A stretch of DNA of 64,000 nucleotides, from positions 19,861,082 to 19,925,081 of the forward strand of contig MU054323.1 of the NCBI GenBank assembly GCA_013239625.1, in the 5' to 3' direction. A program made the translations under genes and the position numbers. The notes below the pieces were generated by a model. It saw only the letters and a program-made list of their open reading frames with translations, made no database searches and was not told the DNA's origin. Positions 13,860 through 25,710 of this stretch are shown one piece after another. Numbering within the stretch: the first letter of the stretch is position 1; every line of letters starts with the position of its first letter. The stretch comes from Lama guanicoe (taxonomy: Eukaryota).

Positions 13860-14030
13860 CTCAAATGCATTATCTTATGTAATCTTCATACTTGCCTTTG
13901 AGGCAGTTATTATTCATTCTCATTTTACAGAAAATGAAACTGACTCATGGACACTTGTCTAAGATCGTATGGTTGATCAAAGAGCCTAGCTGGGATTTAA
14001 ACCCAGCTTACCTAAACTCAAAGTTTATTG
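13860..14030 (-). mobile_element. MIR SINE
   Basis: attctcattttacagaaaatgaaactgac...gctgggatttaaacccag (antisense MIR core). Confidence 0.8.
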
Positions 14031-16727
14031 CTTTGAGGTACTTGTATTTTGTTCTGTGAGACGTGTTTATTGACTTGAGTTCTATCTGTGTTTCTACCCT
14101 ATTCCCCAACACACGCTTTTGGATTGTGGACAGGAGTCTTGTCTAACCCAAAACTTGTAATTTTCCCTGGACCTACCACAGTGTCTGTACCCTGGAGATG
14201 ATTTTATAGTTTTTCTTTTTCCTCTTAAAAGATCTAAGTATCTGGGTTCACCTGACCACATAGTAGTCATCAAACTGCCTTTTTCATGGTCCATCCACAA
14301 TCTAAGATTTAAGTCAAGCTGTAATTAACCCTGGCACATAAATTCTCCTCCAAAAACCATCTTAGGCTGCAGACTGTCAACCAGCTTCACTCCATTAATA
14401 CACAACATTGGCAGCCTGGGACCAGAATTTGCCCTGAGCTACCCACCCACGTTTAAGGCAAGATTATGGGAAAAGAGCAGTTTGGGGTGGATTCATCTCC
14501 TATGGGTAAAGGCTTGTTGGTATACTATGATTAATTAAGTTGGCCAAGGATTAATATTTAAAAATCAGGAATGATTTGAATCATTCCTCCAGAGGAGTTG
14601 CTTAGCTGCCTCCAGGGAAAGGATCAGACCCCCAAAATGGACCATTGATGTTTCAGGGACAATGTGCATTTCAAAGAGATAAAGAGAAAGACTAATATAA
14701 ATGCCTCTTTGGCTCTTGCTCTCTCTCTCTCTGTTCACAGGTATCATTAGACTCAGTACAGGCTATTGAATGGATGTGAGTTTGTTCCTTTTTGTACATA
14801 TTCAACTATGCAAATCCTTTCCCCCACAGTGCCTTCTTGGACCTGTTTTCTATGTCTGCTATCTTTACATCCTCTCACCTGACTCCTCCTATTATCAATG
14901 TCACATTCTGAGCTCAAGACTTGATAGTTGCTGATGTGACTTCCTCTAGGTTTTGAATATTTTCTCACTTACTGCCCAAAGTTCCAACAATCACAAGTTA
15001 AGAAGCTTGAGTATTCTTTGTTTTTTAAAGAATTATTTATTACCAAAATAAGTCTACAACAATGCTAAAAGTATTTAAAAAGAAAAACATCACTCGTTTT
15101 TTTCTACCACTTAACACAACTGCTTTCTCTTCTTCCAGATTTCCTTTCAGTCTTCAGTCAGATATAGGAATTACATTATTATAATATAATTACATAATGT
15201 TCATATAATTTTTGTGTTCCACTTCTTTGTTTAATATCACTTAATAAACACTTTCAGTTTCCTTGCATAGTCTTCCTAATTATCATTTTTTGTGGCTACA
15301 TTGTTTTCCACAGATGTATCATAATTTGTTTAATCATACCTCTGCTGCTGGACATCAAGATGTTTCCAGTTTTCACTACTATAAGTTATTCTCCCATAAA
15401 TGTTTAAGTCCATATAGAGATTTCCTCCCCTCTTTTTCTTTTGAATTATTTCCTTTGTAGAAATTTCCAGGAGTGCTATTACCATATTGAAGGATTTAAA
15501 TGATTTTTAAGGGATTATGAGCTCTTAAAAAGGCAGTACCACAGAGTTCATAGCCCATGTCATATCTTGATTTGTAAAATTAACTATGACAAAGAGCCAA
15601 GATGATTCCTAAAGCACCACTCACTGTCCAGACTTACCCCCTAGAGTGGTCCAAGCAATACAAGACGAAGGTATCTCCATCACTTTATTCTTTATTCCAC
15701 TGAAACTCACTGAAAAAGTGAGCCAGTTCCCCACCCACTTGAAGTGATGAGCTTTCAGAATAAGTCCTAAGAAAGTTCAGAGCAAAACTGTGGGGCAAAT
15801 CAGTGATGCTCCCAAGATAAATCCCATCTTATAAATGAAGTGAGAACATACGATGTATGCGGCAGGGGTGGGAGCGGGGAGGGAAGGAGAGGGTGCAGGT
15901 CAGTTATGATCGGATTGCCAGTGTCACAGTTGTCCCCTGCAAACTGGTCCCTGGGAGCTGGGTCAAGGCAACTGAGTTGAGAGCCAAACACAGACAGCAG
16001 CTGTTGAGGATGTAAAGTCTCTGGCCAGAGTGGATAGGGAGCTGGGTGTGGTAACCCAGAGGCCAGTTTCCACCCCACCCTCCAAGCCCAGTGACAGGGG
16101 TTGAAAAGAGGGAACTTCCCGTGTTGCATTCCAGTGCTCCTTTCTGGGCTTAGTGGGAATCAGTGAGAATACCGGAGACTGGCTGCCATGCCTGAATGCG
16201 CTGCACACACTCTCTCAACGGTGCCCCCCACCCCGACCCCCGCACCCCGGGAAGACACTGAGGCATCTGAGAAGGCCACGTCCAGGGAGCCAGGATGCTC
16301 GCCTGACCTGCGACTGCTGCACTGTCCTGGCCACAGCCCTGGGTATAAAGTCCAAGTAAATCCCAGCATCCTTGAGGGACTGAGGGCAACTACAGGGAAT
16401 GTGTGGCTGTTTCCTGCATTGCACAAGTGCTAAGCCTCAGGAGTGACACCAGCCCCTTCCACAATTTCCCAGAACGTTTGACAAAAGCCCGAGGGCTGCA
16501 TCACTGAGCAAGGAATCTCCATTATTCATTTCAACATCACTCTTCTTGGAAACCTTGCCAGCTCCACTCTCCAGAAATAATCCATCATACTTTTCCCTTT
16601 GTTGAAGTCACACTGCGAAAACTCCCATAATCAAATTCCCCACATTCAGATCCCTTCTGATATTATGTAACAACAGAGCCCAGGGCAAAAAGAAGGGGTC
16701 AGACTGACATCATTTTTTCCCTCTGTC

Positions 16728-16990
16728 TTTTAACTTTTATCGTGAAAAATTTCCAACACACACAAAGTGAAACGGAATGGAATAGTGAACCCCCATGTCC
16801 CTACCACCCAGTTTGAACAATCTCTTCAGGTGCCAATCTTGTTTCATCTATCACCCTTACGCCCCTTCCATCCCCACTCCCCAAATATGCACTTTTTCTA
16901 GCTGGAATTTCTAAAAGCAAGTTTTAGACACAGTGTCATTTCCCTCATAAATACTTCAGCATGCATCTCTCACTGGAAAGGACTTCCTTT
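16728..16990 (-). mobile_element. Old L1 (L1ME/L1MC-class) 3' end fragment
   Basis: ttttatcgtgaaaaatttccaacacacacaaag...aatagtgaacccccatgtccctaccacccag resembles the antisense old-L1 3' terminus. Confidence 0.65.
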
Positions 16991-18179
16991 TTTGACATGG
17001 CCTCCATAGGCACCAGCATTTATTTAGCAACGACTGGCGTTTGTTCGGCATTCAGTATTCAGTGCAAGACATTACGGTAAAATTCTTTACACAACTTATT
17101 TCATGAAATCTCAGCTCAGCAGAGAAACACCTTGGAGATTCCCAGCCTCCCCAGGAGAAAGCAATGCCCTGGCCTTGAGAACATTGCTATTTGCATCTTA
17201 CTCATGAGGGAAGCTGCTCAGCCAACTCAGGTTAAGCTGCGGACAGGCTGCAGTTCAAGAGACGGCAGAGCTTGGAGCAAGAGGCGTGTCAGAGCTTGAC
17301 TTACTCCATCCGGCCGCTGGATATTTGGGTATGAAAAAGATAATGCTTCCACGTCTCAAAACTGCCCTTTTTTTCATTGAAAAAAAAAAACCAACCTTCC
17401 TTACACCTACCACTGGAAGTTACATTATCAGGACAGAAACAGCCAGACTTCTTTAAAAGGTAGTGCCTTTAAAAAGGCACCATTCGGGGAAAGAGTTTCG
17501 AAAAAATCCAGTTTACATTTCTGTTCATCAGGCATGTATGCGTAGGGAGCCCTGAAGGAATGTTGCTCCAAGCCTAGGCAGCCTTGGTGAAGGTATTTCT
17601 GCTTGCTGTGCGCCCTTCCTTTGCAATCTCTGCACCGAATCTAGGTACCTTTGCTCAGGAGATGTAGGCAGGGTAGCAGCACTGGGTTGACGTACCCTAG
17701 GAAAGTTTCCGACTGTGTATGCATAGCCTTGGGGCAAGTCTTTGCCTCAAAGACAGGCTGGTAAATCCATGCTCCATCACACAGGCTTGGGGCTTCTGCC
17801 TGCAGCCAGACCTTTGAACTCGAGTCTCCTATACTCGAAACATACCTCGACCCTAGAGACAGTCCCAGCGTGCTGCTGATTTCCCTTCATTATTGCCCTC
17901 ATTTTATGCAAGATTGCTACAACAGCGTCTGTCTTGGACTCTGATTGGCCCAGTTTGGAAGGATGCCCTCCTCAAGTAAGCCTGGAGATGGGGATGTGTT
18001 TGTTACACAAAGGAGCTGCTACCAAACGTTGTGCGTTGAGGACTGTGCTTGAGGGGAGAGACAGATACTGCACCCCAGGCCAGCACTGAACACAGTGCCC
18101 ACTGAAAAATGAGCTACTTTTATATACTTCGATAGATGGTCCCTCCACCTGGCCCACACTTCAGAGGTCTGTGTGACTT

Positions 18180-18432
18180 GCCCCCTTGCCACCTTCACTT
18201 CTCACAGGTCTCTGTACAAGTACCCCATTGTCGGAGAGGCCTGTCCCCACCACCTACATCAAATGCCACTCACCAGCCCTTTATTCTGCCTTGTCTGTCT
18301 CCATACCCCTCATCACCAGCTGACACATCATCATTACTCGTTGTCTGTTTTGGTCACTGAGGTCTCCCTTGAGCCTAGATCAATGCCTAGCACATCCAGC
18401 AACAGTTCAGCACATTTGTACAGAATGAATGA
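18180..18432 (+). mobile_element. L2 3' end fragment
   Basis: aatgcctagcaca...cacatttgtacagaatgaatga L2 tail. Confidence 0.7.
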
Positions 18433-19444
18433 TCTCCTTAAGAACAAGATCTTGTCTTTTTCTTCTACCACATCCTACCGATCAGAGTGGGCACTGATTA
18501 CAGCCGTCTTTTGCTGAGCAGGGGTTCTGTAAGAAATCCATGGGGAGTCAACACTCACCCCGAAAACCTAGCTGTTCTAATAGGAATATCTATTTAAATC
18601 TATATCTTCTGTGACTACCTTTGAGTTTGGGACCACCAGCTCAGACCTTATTCTTGCCCTTCAAGGGTCTCCATGAAGCTTCCCAATGGCCTGATGAACA
18701 AACTTTCAAGCACGTACGCTTTAATAATCATCTGTCCCTCTCAGAGCTGCACCAGTGAAAGGTGTTCCTTCAACAACAGAAAGATTTATTACTTTCTTCC
18801 CCCACAGAAAAACCACAAAAATATTTCCTTCTTGACTGCAGCAGTGAGTTCCAAGTTTCATTAAAGAACCGGCCAGATGCTTCCTCCCAGCTTGTGTGGG
18901 AAGACGTTAAGATAAAGAGCCTTTGAAATTGTACCTCTGCACACCTGCCTTGTACCTTATTCCCTCGTGACAGGTCTTCTTCCTGTTTTCCCCGGGGTCG
19001 GGGTGTAGAGCTGTGTGTGACCCGCCTCCCCCGGCAGCTGGGGCTGGAGTGGTCTGCCCCCCTCACCTTTCTCCCTCTGGTATTAATAATAGATGGCTCT
19101 TATTGAATTGTGCACCTGCCATAAACCAGCTCTGCACTTTAGAAATTGTTTCAAATTCTTAACCCTGTAACCTGAGTGTCTGCTGCCCGGACAGCCCCTC
19201 TATCCACAAGTGCAGACTCTCTTTCTGCCTCTGTCACTAAGAATCACTTTCCTCCAGTATGTTTGCAGAAAGGAATGGGTCCCTTATCTCCAAAGCCAGT
19301 CCAGTCTGCAGCCTGTTCCTCTGCCTTCATCTGCTCCTAAACTCCACACTCAGCCAGGGTCTCTGCTTACTGGAGTGTGGGTCCTGGCCTAGGTTCTGGG
19401 GCTGCTGTCTTCCCTCAGCACGACACTGATGGTGGCCTCGGGGG

Positions 19445-19874
19445 TGCAGCAGGCAGAAGAATGGCCCCCAAGAATGTCCATATCCTGGAACCTGTGAATA
19501 TGTTACCTTACATGGCGAAAGGACTTTGCAGATGCGATTAAATTAAGGACCTTGAGTTGGGGAGATAGTCCTGGAATATCCGAGCGAACACGATGTAATC
19601 ACAAGGGTCCTTATAAGGGAAAGAGAGTAAGAGTCAGAGAGGGAGATGTGACGATGGAAGCAGAGGTCAGAGGGATGTGAGGGAAAGGCCAAGGAATGCG
19701 GGCTGTCTTTAGATGCTAAAAAGGGCAAGAAAACAGATTCTCGCCCAGGGACTTCAGAAAGAACGCAACCCTGCCGCTGCCTTGATTTTAGGTCTTCTGA
19801 CCTGCAGACCAGTAAGACAATACATTTGGGGGGTTTGTGGTCATTTGTTACACCAGCCATAGGAAACTAACACA
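19445..19874 (+). mobile_element. Solo MaLR LTR (MLT1C/D-like)
   Basis: tgcagcaggcagaagaatggccccc...gaacctgtgaatatgttaccttacatggc...ggactttgcagatgcgatta...gtggtcatttgttaca...ataggaaactaacaca, with TG...CA termini. Confidence 0.9.
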
Positions 19875-21147
19875 AGGAATGACGCAGGGAAGCCTCGTTT
19901 GCCTTTGTTATCTTGCCTCTTAATTCTACACCTCTAACACATGTGTGAGCCACATCGTTGACAGTTTGGGAATAAGCAGAGGGGGAAAAAAAGCTGGATA
20001 TTAAATATGATTGTTCCCAGAGCCCAAGGGAAGAAGGAAAAACCCTTAGCAAGGTCTCCCCATAGGCCTGCCGCAGTCCTAACTTTGCTGGCCAGCCTCA
20101 AGGCCCAAACTCTTTTCCTTCTTTTCCTCTGTGAGCCTACTTTTTTCCTCTCCATGGCGAAATTCATTCATTCAACAAATATTTACTAAGTACTTACAAT
20201 GTCCTAGGCACTTTTCTAGGCCCTGGGACTAGAGCACCCAAAGACAAAGAATACAAACTATCCTGTTGTTCACATTTTAATGCAACACCCGCCCCACCAT
20301 GATATCCACCCAACCCTTAGCCTCTACCCCAAAAGAGGATAATCTGTAAGATAAGAGTGATCCACAGCAATACATTTCTCAAAGTCTGAGTTATGCAACG
20401 AGGAATCACGCCATATAATTAGGTAGGTCCCAGAATAATCTGTGGTAGGTTTCCTTTCTCTAGTTTGTGTTCTCTTCGGGGTGCCTCAGCCAGCATGTAA
20501 TCATGACACCCCTCCTCATTCTTCATATGGTTTTCTGATCTCCTGTGAGTACCTCTTAGATTACACACCTGCCAAAGACAAGCTATAAGCCTCAGTCTCA
20601 GCCCAAATCCATATTAAGGAAGGGAAGGGAGCATATTCCTACACATATTCTAACCTTCTAACATATGCTGCCCAACTGAATCAGGACATGCCTTATTTCT
20701 GTTATGCAAAGGAGCTCCAGTTCCCCTTTTCTCAGCTCCCACTGTAGACCATGCCCAGTGCCTCGTGGTGCACCAGAAATGCTGCCCATCACTATATCTT
20801 TCCCCCACTGTATCTTTCTCCAAACGCAAAGACCTCCACTCATTACCGTCATCTCCTGCTACCTGGATAACAGGTAGAAGCCTAGTACATGTGCTTGTTT
20901 GATACACTGAGCCACGTCACACTTCTACCCACAGTTCCTCCACTAACAGACTCTGCCAGGACCCGATTCTGCACCCCTTGCCCATCCACAGCAAACCCTC
21001 AAGAGTGATGGGACTTTTCTTCTTTCAGATATAGAGAGGAACTCCCGAGGGAAAGTACCTCCTTTCCATCATTTATAAATGATCCTCTTCTCCTCTTCCC
21101 CTCCTCTCCTAACAAAGAATTCACAGGCACCATCAAGCAAATACTTT

Positions 21148-21344
21148 TTTGTTTGGTTGAAGTATTGTCAGTTTACCACATTGCATCAATTTCTGGTGTA
21201 CAGCAAATGTTTCAGTCATACATAGACATGCATATATTCCTTTTCATGTTCTTTTTCATTATAGGTTACTACAAGATATCGAATAGTTCCCTGTGCTATA
21301 CAGTATAAATGTGTTGTTTATCTATTGTATATATAGTAGTTAGT
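21148..21344 (-). mobile_element. 5'-truncated L1 3' end with TSD-like flanks
   Basis: Antisense L1 tail; atcaagNaaatacttt occurs at 21132-21147, 21345-21360 and 21372-21387. Confidence 0.85.
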
Positions 21345-21519
21345 ATCAAGAAAATACTTTAAAAAAAATTTATCAAGTAAATACTTTTGATTAAAGCAAA
21401 TGTTAGCTCTGTGGGCACTAAGGAGTTTCAGAAGGAAGAAATGTTAACTGTAAAATCTGATTAAGCTTACCACCATTAGCTAGATAATGCTGGATGCTGA
21501 GTAATTACTGTAATAGAAA

Positions 21520-21760
21520 TAATAATGCATTGATTATGTGTTTCCTGAGTGCCAGAGATTTTACTAAATGTTCTGGCGTTAGCTCATTTAGTGCTCATCA
21601 ATGAGGTTAGGGCTATTTTTAACCACGTTTTACAGATGAGTAATTTGAGGCCATGAGGGGTTAAGAAAATTGCTCCAAGGTCACACCAGGAGTTGGTGGC
21701 AGAGCTGGGATTCAAACAGGTTCACCTAATGGTCAGACACTAACCCCTGCCGTGCTGTGC
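21520..21760 (-). mobile_element. MIR SINE
   Basis: ttttacagatgagtaatttgaggcc...ccaaggtcacac...ggcagagctgggattcaaac. Confidence 0.85.
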
Positions 21761-22002
21761 TTTAGTAATTAAAAGCCTGTCCAGGGTAGTACCTTCCATC
21801 TTCATGTCCATTTTTAAATGGAAATAACAGAAGAGAAAAGGAAGGAAAAGACAGGTTTCATGAGCAAATTTGACCACTCTGAGAATTATAGATAGATGGG
21901 AAGAAACCTGAAGCCAAGAATAAGGAACACTTTTTAAATTACAGCTAACTGAGAAATGATAAGTTTGGAAATGTATAATTTAGCGTCAAGAGTAGTGTAT
22001 GG

Positions 22003-22683
22003 TTTGCCGTTATGGAAAACCATATGGAGATTCCTTAAAAAAAAACAAAACTAAAAATAGACTTACCCTATGATCCAGCAATAGCAATCCTTAGCATATA
22101 TCTGGAGGAAACTCTAATTTGAAAAGATACATGCACTCCAATGTTCATAGCAGCACTGTTTACAATAGCCAAAACCTGGAAGCAACCTAAGTGTCCATCA
22201 ACAGATGACTTGATTAAGAGGTTGTGGTACATTTATACAATCGAATACTATTCAGCCATAAAAAAGGGTAAAATAATGCCATTTGCAGCAACATGGATGG
22301 ACCTGGAGAGTATCATATTAAGTAAGCCAGAAAGAGAAAGAAAAATACCATATGATATCACTTATATGTGGAATCTTAAAAAAAAAATCACACAAATGAA
22401 CTTATTTGCAAAACAGAAACAGATTCACAGAGAAAATAAGCTTATGGTTACCAAGGTGGAGAAGGGGTGGGGAAGGATAAATTGGGAGTTCAGGATTTGC
22501 AGATACTAACTACTATGTATAAAATAGATAAACAAAAAGATCCTACTATATTCAATAGCTTGTAATAGCCTACAATGAAAAATATGAAAAGGAATAGATA
22601 TATATATGTACAAGTGAATCACTATGCTGTACACCAGAAATTATCACAACATTGTAAATCAACTATACTTCGATTAAAAAAAA
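22003..22683 (+). mobile_element. 5'-truncated L1 (ORF2 C-terminus, 3'UTR and poly-A) with a 15-bp TSD
   Basis: ORF 22141-22509 reads MFIAALFTIAKTWKQPKCPS...WYIYTIEYYSAIKK...FAATWMDLE (L1 ORF2p C-terminus); TSD aagagtagtgtatgg (21988-22002) / aagagtggtgtaggg (22684-22698). Confidence 0.95.
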
Positions 22684-24190
22684 AAGAGTGGTGTAGGGAC
22701 CAGTGGCAACATTTATTTTGAAAGTGTCAAGGACTGCCACCTCCATTTAGATGTCTTTAATAAATGAGAGTCTAAAAGACTCTAAAGAGAATCCCAGCAG
22801 AGACTACAAGCCAAGAATCCTTGGCTTACAAAATAATGGGGGCTGCTTCTTCCCAAGTTACCACGCACAGAAGCAAAACTTGGCAGAATCAGAGACAAAG
22901 GATTTTGATCTTGTTCCTACCATTGCTTCCACAGAAGGAAGCAAAACAAACCACTGGGCCACCTCTGCTGCTGCTCCTGAGTGCCAAGACCCTGCGAGGT
23001 GCTGTTTGGAAGAGTATCCCACTTTGCTTTTTGCCCAGGAAAATCAGCCCCTCAGGAGTCAGCTCCCGAAAGGCCCAAGGGCAGGGTCTTTTCTACCCCA
23101 CCTTTTGCTACCTCTCCTCATTTTCTGCAGAATTCTGTTTCTTGAGGAAATTTTCCACATGTAATCTAGTTGCTCCTCTGACACCATTTTCATTGAGTAA
23201 CTTGTGGTGATGTCACACAAGCCAGGCACTAGGGGAAGCCCTGCTTTTATGGGTTGGCTCTTAATTTAGGAATTTTTATTTTCTGACTTCCCTCCCTTTT
23301 TTGCTGGACTCCACTGCTTTTGAGCAAGATGCCTGAGTGGTGAAGTGTTGCCTGCTTTTGAGAAGAGGAATTCCTGCTTGTTGAGAGGCAGATGGTTGAG
23401 TGAAGGCAAGATGTGAGTCCTGTAATAGTACATCTTAATTGGAGAGTTGGCAAGAGAGGAAGGATGTGTGGGCCTGCTGTGGGCTCTGTTGCTCCTGATG
23501 GGGTTCTTCGAGCTGAGCTGAGAAGATGGACTGAGGACAGGAGGATTACTAACCAGCCTCCGGTGCCGCTGTCCTGTGTACCTGAGGAGCCAGTGCCTCC
23601 TCCCTGGCAGCCAGGCAACTACGTCTAACCCACATCCCCACCTTCCTCCTGCATAGCGAGCCGGCAGAGGCGAGCTTGGCAAACCTCGCCTGTAAAAGCC
23701 TAATCCAAACAGCATGTCCGCTGAGCTCAGCGGGGTGACTCATGTGCAGTGATGTGTGAGGCCAGCAAGTGGAGATTAGGATCTGGCCTGCCCGCCAGCC
23801 TGCCCTGCACTTCCTTTGATCAACTCTGATGGTTTTTAATTCTGCAGAAGCAGCTTCCTGCCAGCGGCAAGCACCTCTCCGTGGAGACTGGAGCCATGTC
23901 TACACTGACCTACTTGTCAGAGTCAAGGCTGGCGTGTGCTGATGGCACAGGGACTGACACCCTGGGCTCACAGCCCACACGGAACCAAGAGGGGAGCCTC
24001 TTGCCGAGGTGCCCGTAGTGACATCAGAAGCTTGCTGCTCAGCCAGCACCAGTAAGGCCATGCGTGTGAGCTGCCTGGGTTCTGAACCTGAGCCTGGTAT
24101 TGGTTAGACTCACTGGGTAATAAAGAAAAATGGGACTGTCTGTCGAGGGTTCTTTTTTTTTTTTTTTGGAAAACTGGGGCATCTCTAGGG

Positions 24191-24498
24191 NNNNNNNNNN
24201 NNNNNNNNNNNNNNNNNNNNNNNNNNNNNNNNNNNNNNNNNNNNNNNNNNNNNNNNNNNNNNNNNNNNNNNNNNNNNNNNNNNNNNNNNNNNNNNNNNNN
24301 NNNNNNNNNNNNNNNNNNNNNNNNNNNNNNNNNNNNNNNNNNNNNNNNNNNNNNNNNNNNNNNNNNNNNNNNNNNNNNNNNNNNNNNNNNNNNNNNNNNN
24401 NNNNNNNNNNNNNNNNNNNNNNNNNNNNNNNNNNNNNNNNNNNNNNNNNNNNNNNNNNNNNNNNNNNNNNNNNNNNNNNNNNNNNNNNNNNNNNNNNN
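24191..24498. other. Assembly gap (308 N)
   Basis: Run of N; the two flanks carry near-identical sequence. Confidence 0.99.
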
Positions 24499-24812
24499 TT
24501 TTTTTTTTTTTTTTGGTAAACTGGGGCATCTCTAAGGACGATGTCTGGCACAGAATGAAGCACTCTCTGAACCCTTCAGAAGTACTTTTTCACATCTGTT
24601 TTGCTCGAAATGGAACACATTCGAAGTATATTACTTTCTTGAACTTTTTTTTCCCCCTGCTTGAGTGGAATGTGTTTGCCTCTTGATTCTTCCAAATCCC
24701 CTCAATGACCAATGCCAAGCAGAGCCCCTGAAACCAGGTCTCAGTCTCTCTCTTTCCCTCTCGTCCTTTCTCTTACTTTCTCCTTTCTCCCACTTTTCTC
24801 AGGAAAGAGAGG

Positions 24813-24950
24813 AGTGTTTCTCAATCTTGGCTGCATGTTAAGGAGACCCTGGGGATGGGGGTGGAGCTTAAAAAATTCCCAGTCCCAGGCTCCACCCCCA
24901 GAATAATTCACTCAGAGTCTCTGATATCAATAGTGTTTAAAGCTCCCCAT
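24813..24950. mobile_element. MER5-like hAT fragment
   Basis: agtgtttctcaatcttggctgcatgtta...ccaggctccacccccaga...tcagagtctctg. Confidence 0.65.
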
Positions 24951-25301
24951 TGCACAGGCACTGACATTTCGGGTCCCCGGGCATTAGCCCTAGAAGTGTT
25001 TTCTATTTCCCTGTCTGTCCTCCCCACCACCATTCAATTTGAGAGCCTTCTGGAGACTGGTGAATAATTTAACCAGGTTAAGGTAAGATGTTATCTAGAT
25101 GGGGTAACTAGCCTACATATGAAGAGGAATTTGTTCATCTGATTAGAAGTATTTACCACCCCACTGAGACTTAGCACAGAGAATGACCATGAGGAATTGA
25201 AATACAGAAGAAGTAGGGGATGGTTCAGCACACAAGACAGTGACCCACCCAAAGGGAATTTCTGGGAGGCAGGTTTGTAAGTGGTGGCAACGGGCTGTGG
25301 G

Positions 25302-25467
25302 TAGGACTTCCAGATAAAATAAGGACCACTAGTCAACTCTGAATTTCAAATAAACAACAAACAGTGAAATATTTGGGACATACCTATACTAAAAAATATT
25401 CATTGTTTATTTGAAATTCAAATTTAGCTGGGTGTTCTGTATCTTGTTTACTAAATCTGGAAATTCT
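25302..25467. mobile_element. MER53-like palindromic hAT MITE
   Basis: ccagataaaata...tgaatttcaaataaacaac...gggacatacctatactaaaaaa...ttgtttatttgaaattcaaatttagctggg...ctaaatctgg; long imperfect inverted arms. Confidence 0.85.
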
Positions 25468-25544
25468 CGTTGCAGATGGCAGGCGAGGGAGGAGAACCTT
25501 GGGTATTTGAGGGAGTGGTAGGTGGCACTTGGGTAGGTTGCACT

Positions 25545-25710
25545 GTCCTTCAGGGGGCGTTGGGGGAAATGTGTAGAAATCCGGGGCTGTCCCAATGACT
25601 GGGGATTGCTATGAGCATTTAGTGGGTGTAAACCATGATGCCAAAGATACTGCAGTAGGTACAATAGTTCCAATGAAGAATTGTCCCATCTAAATTGACA
25701 ATAGTGCCCA
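25545..25710. mobile_element. MER20-like hAT-Charlie fragment
   Basis: gctgtcccaatgactgggg...gcatttagtggg...gatgccaaagatactgca...aagaattgtccc...aatagtgcc. Confidence 0.7.

Noticed and set aside
20430..20930. Possible ancient LTR-like segment
   Set aside because: I could not match it to a family or find termini with any confidence.
22141..22509. 122-aa ORF with a recognisable protein motif
   Set aside because: It is the C-terminus of L1 ORF2p in a 5'-truncated copy, not a host gene.
24039..24563. ORFs of 114-174 aa
   Set aside because: Artefacts of translating through the N gap.
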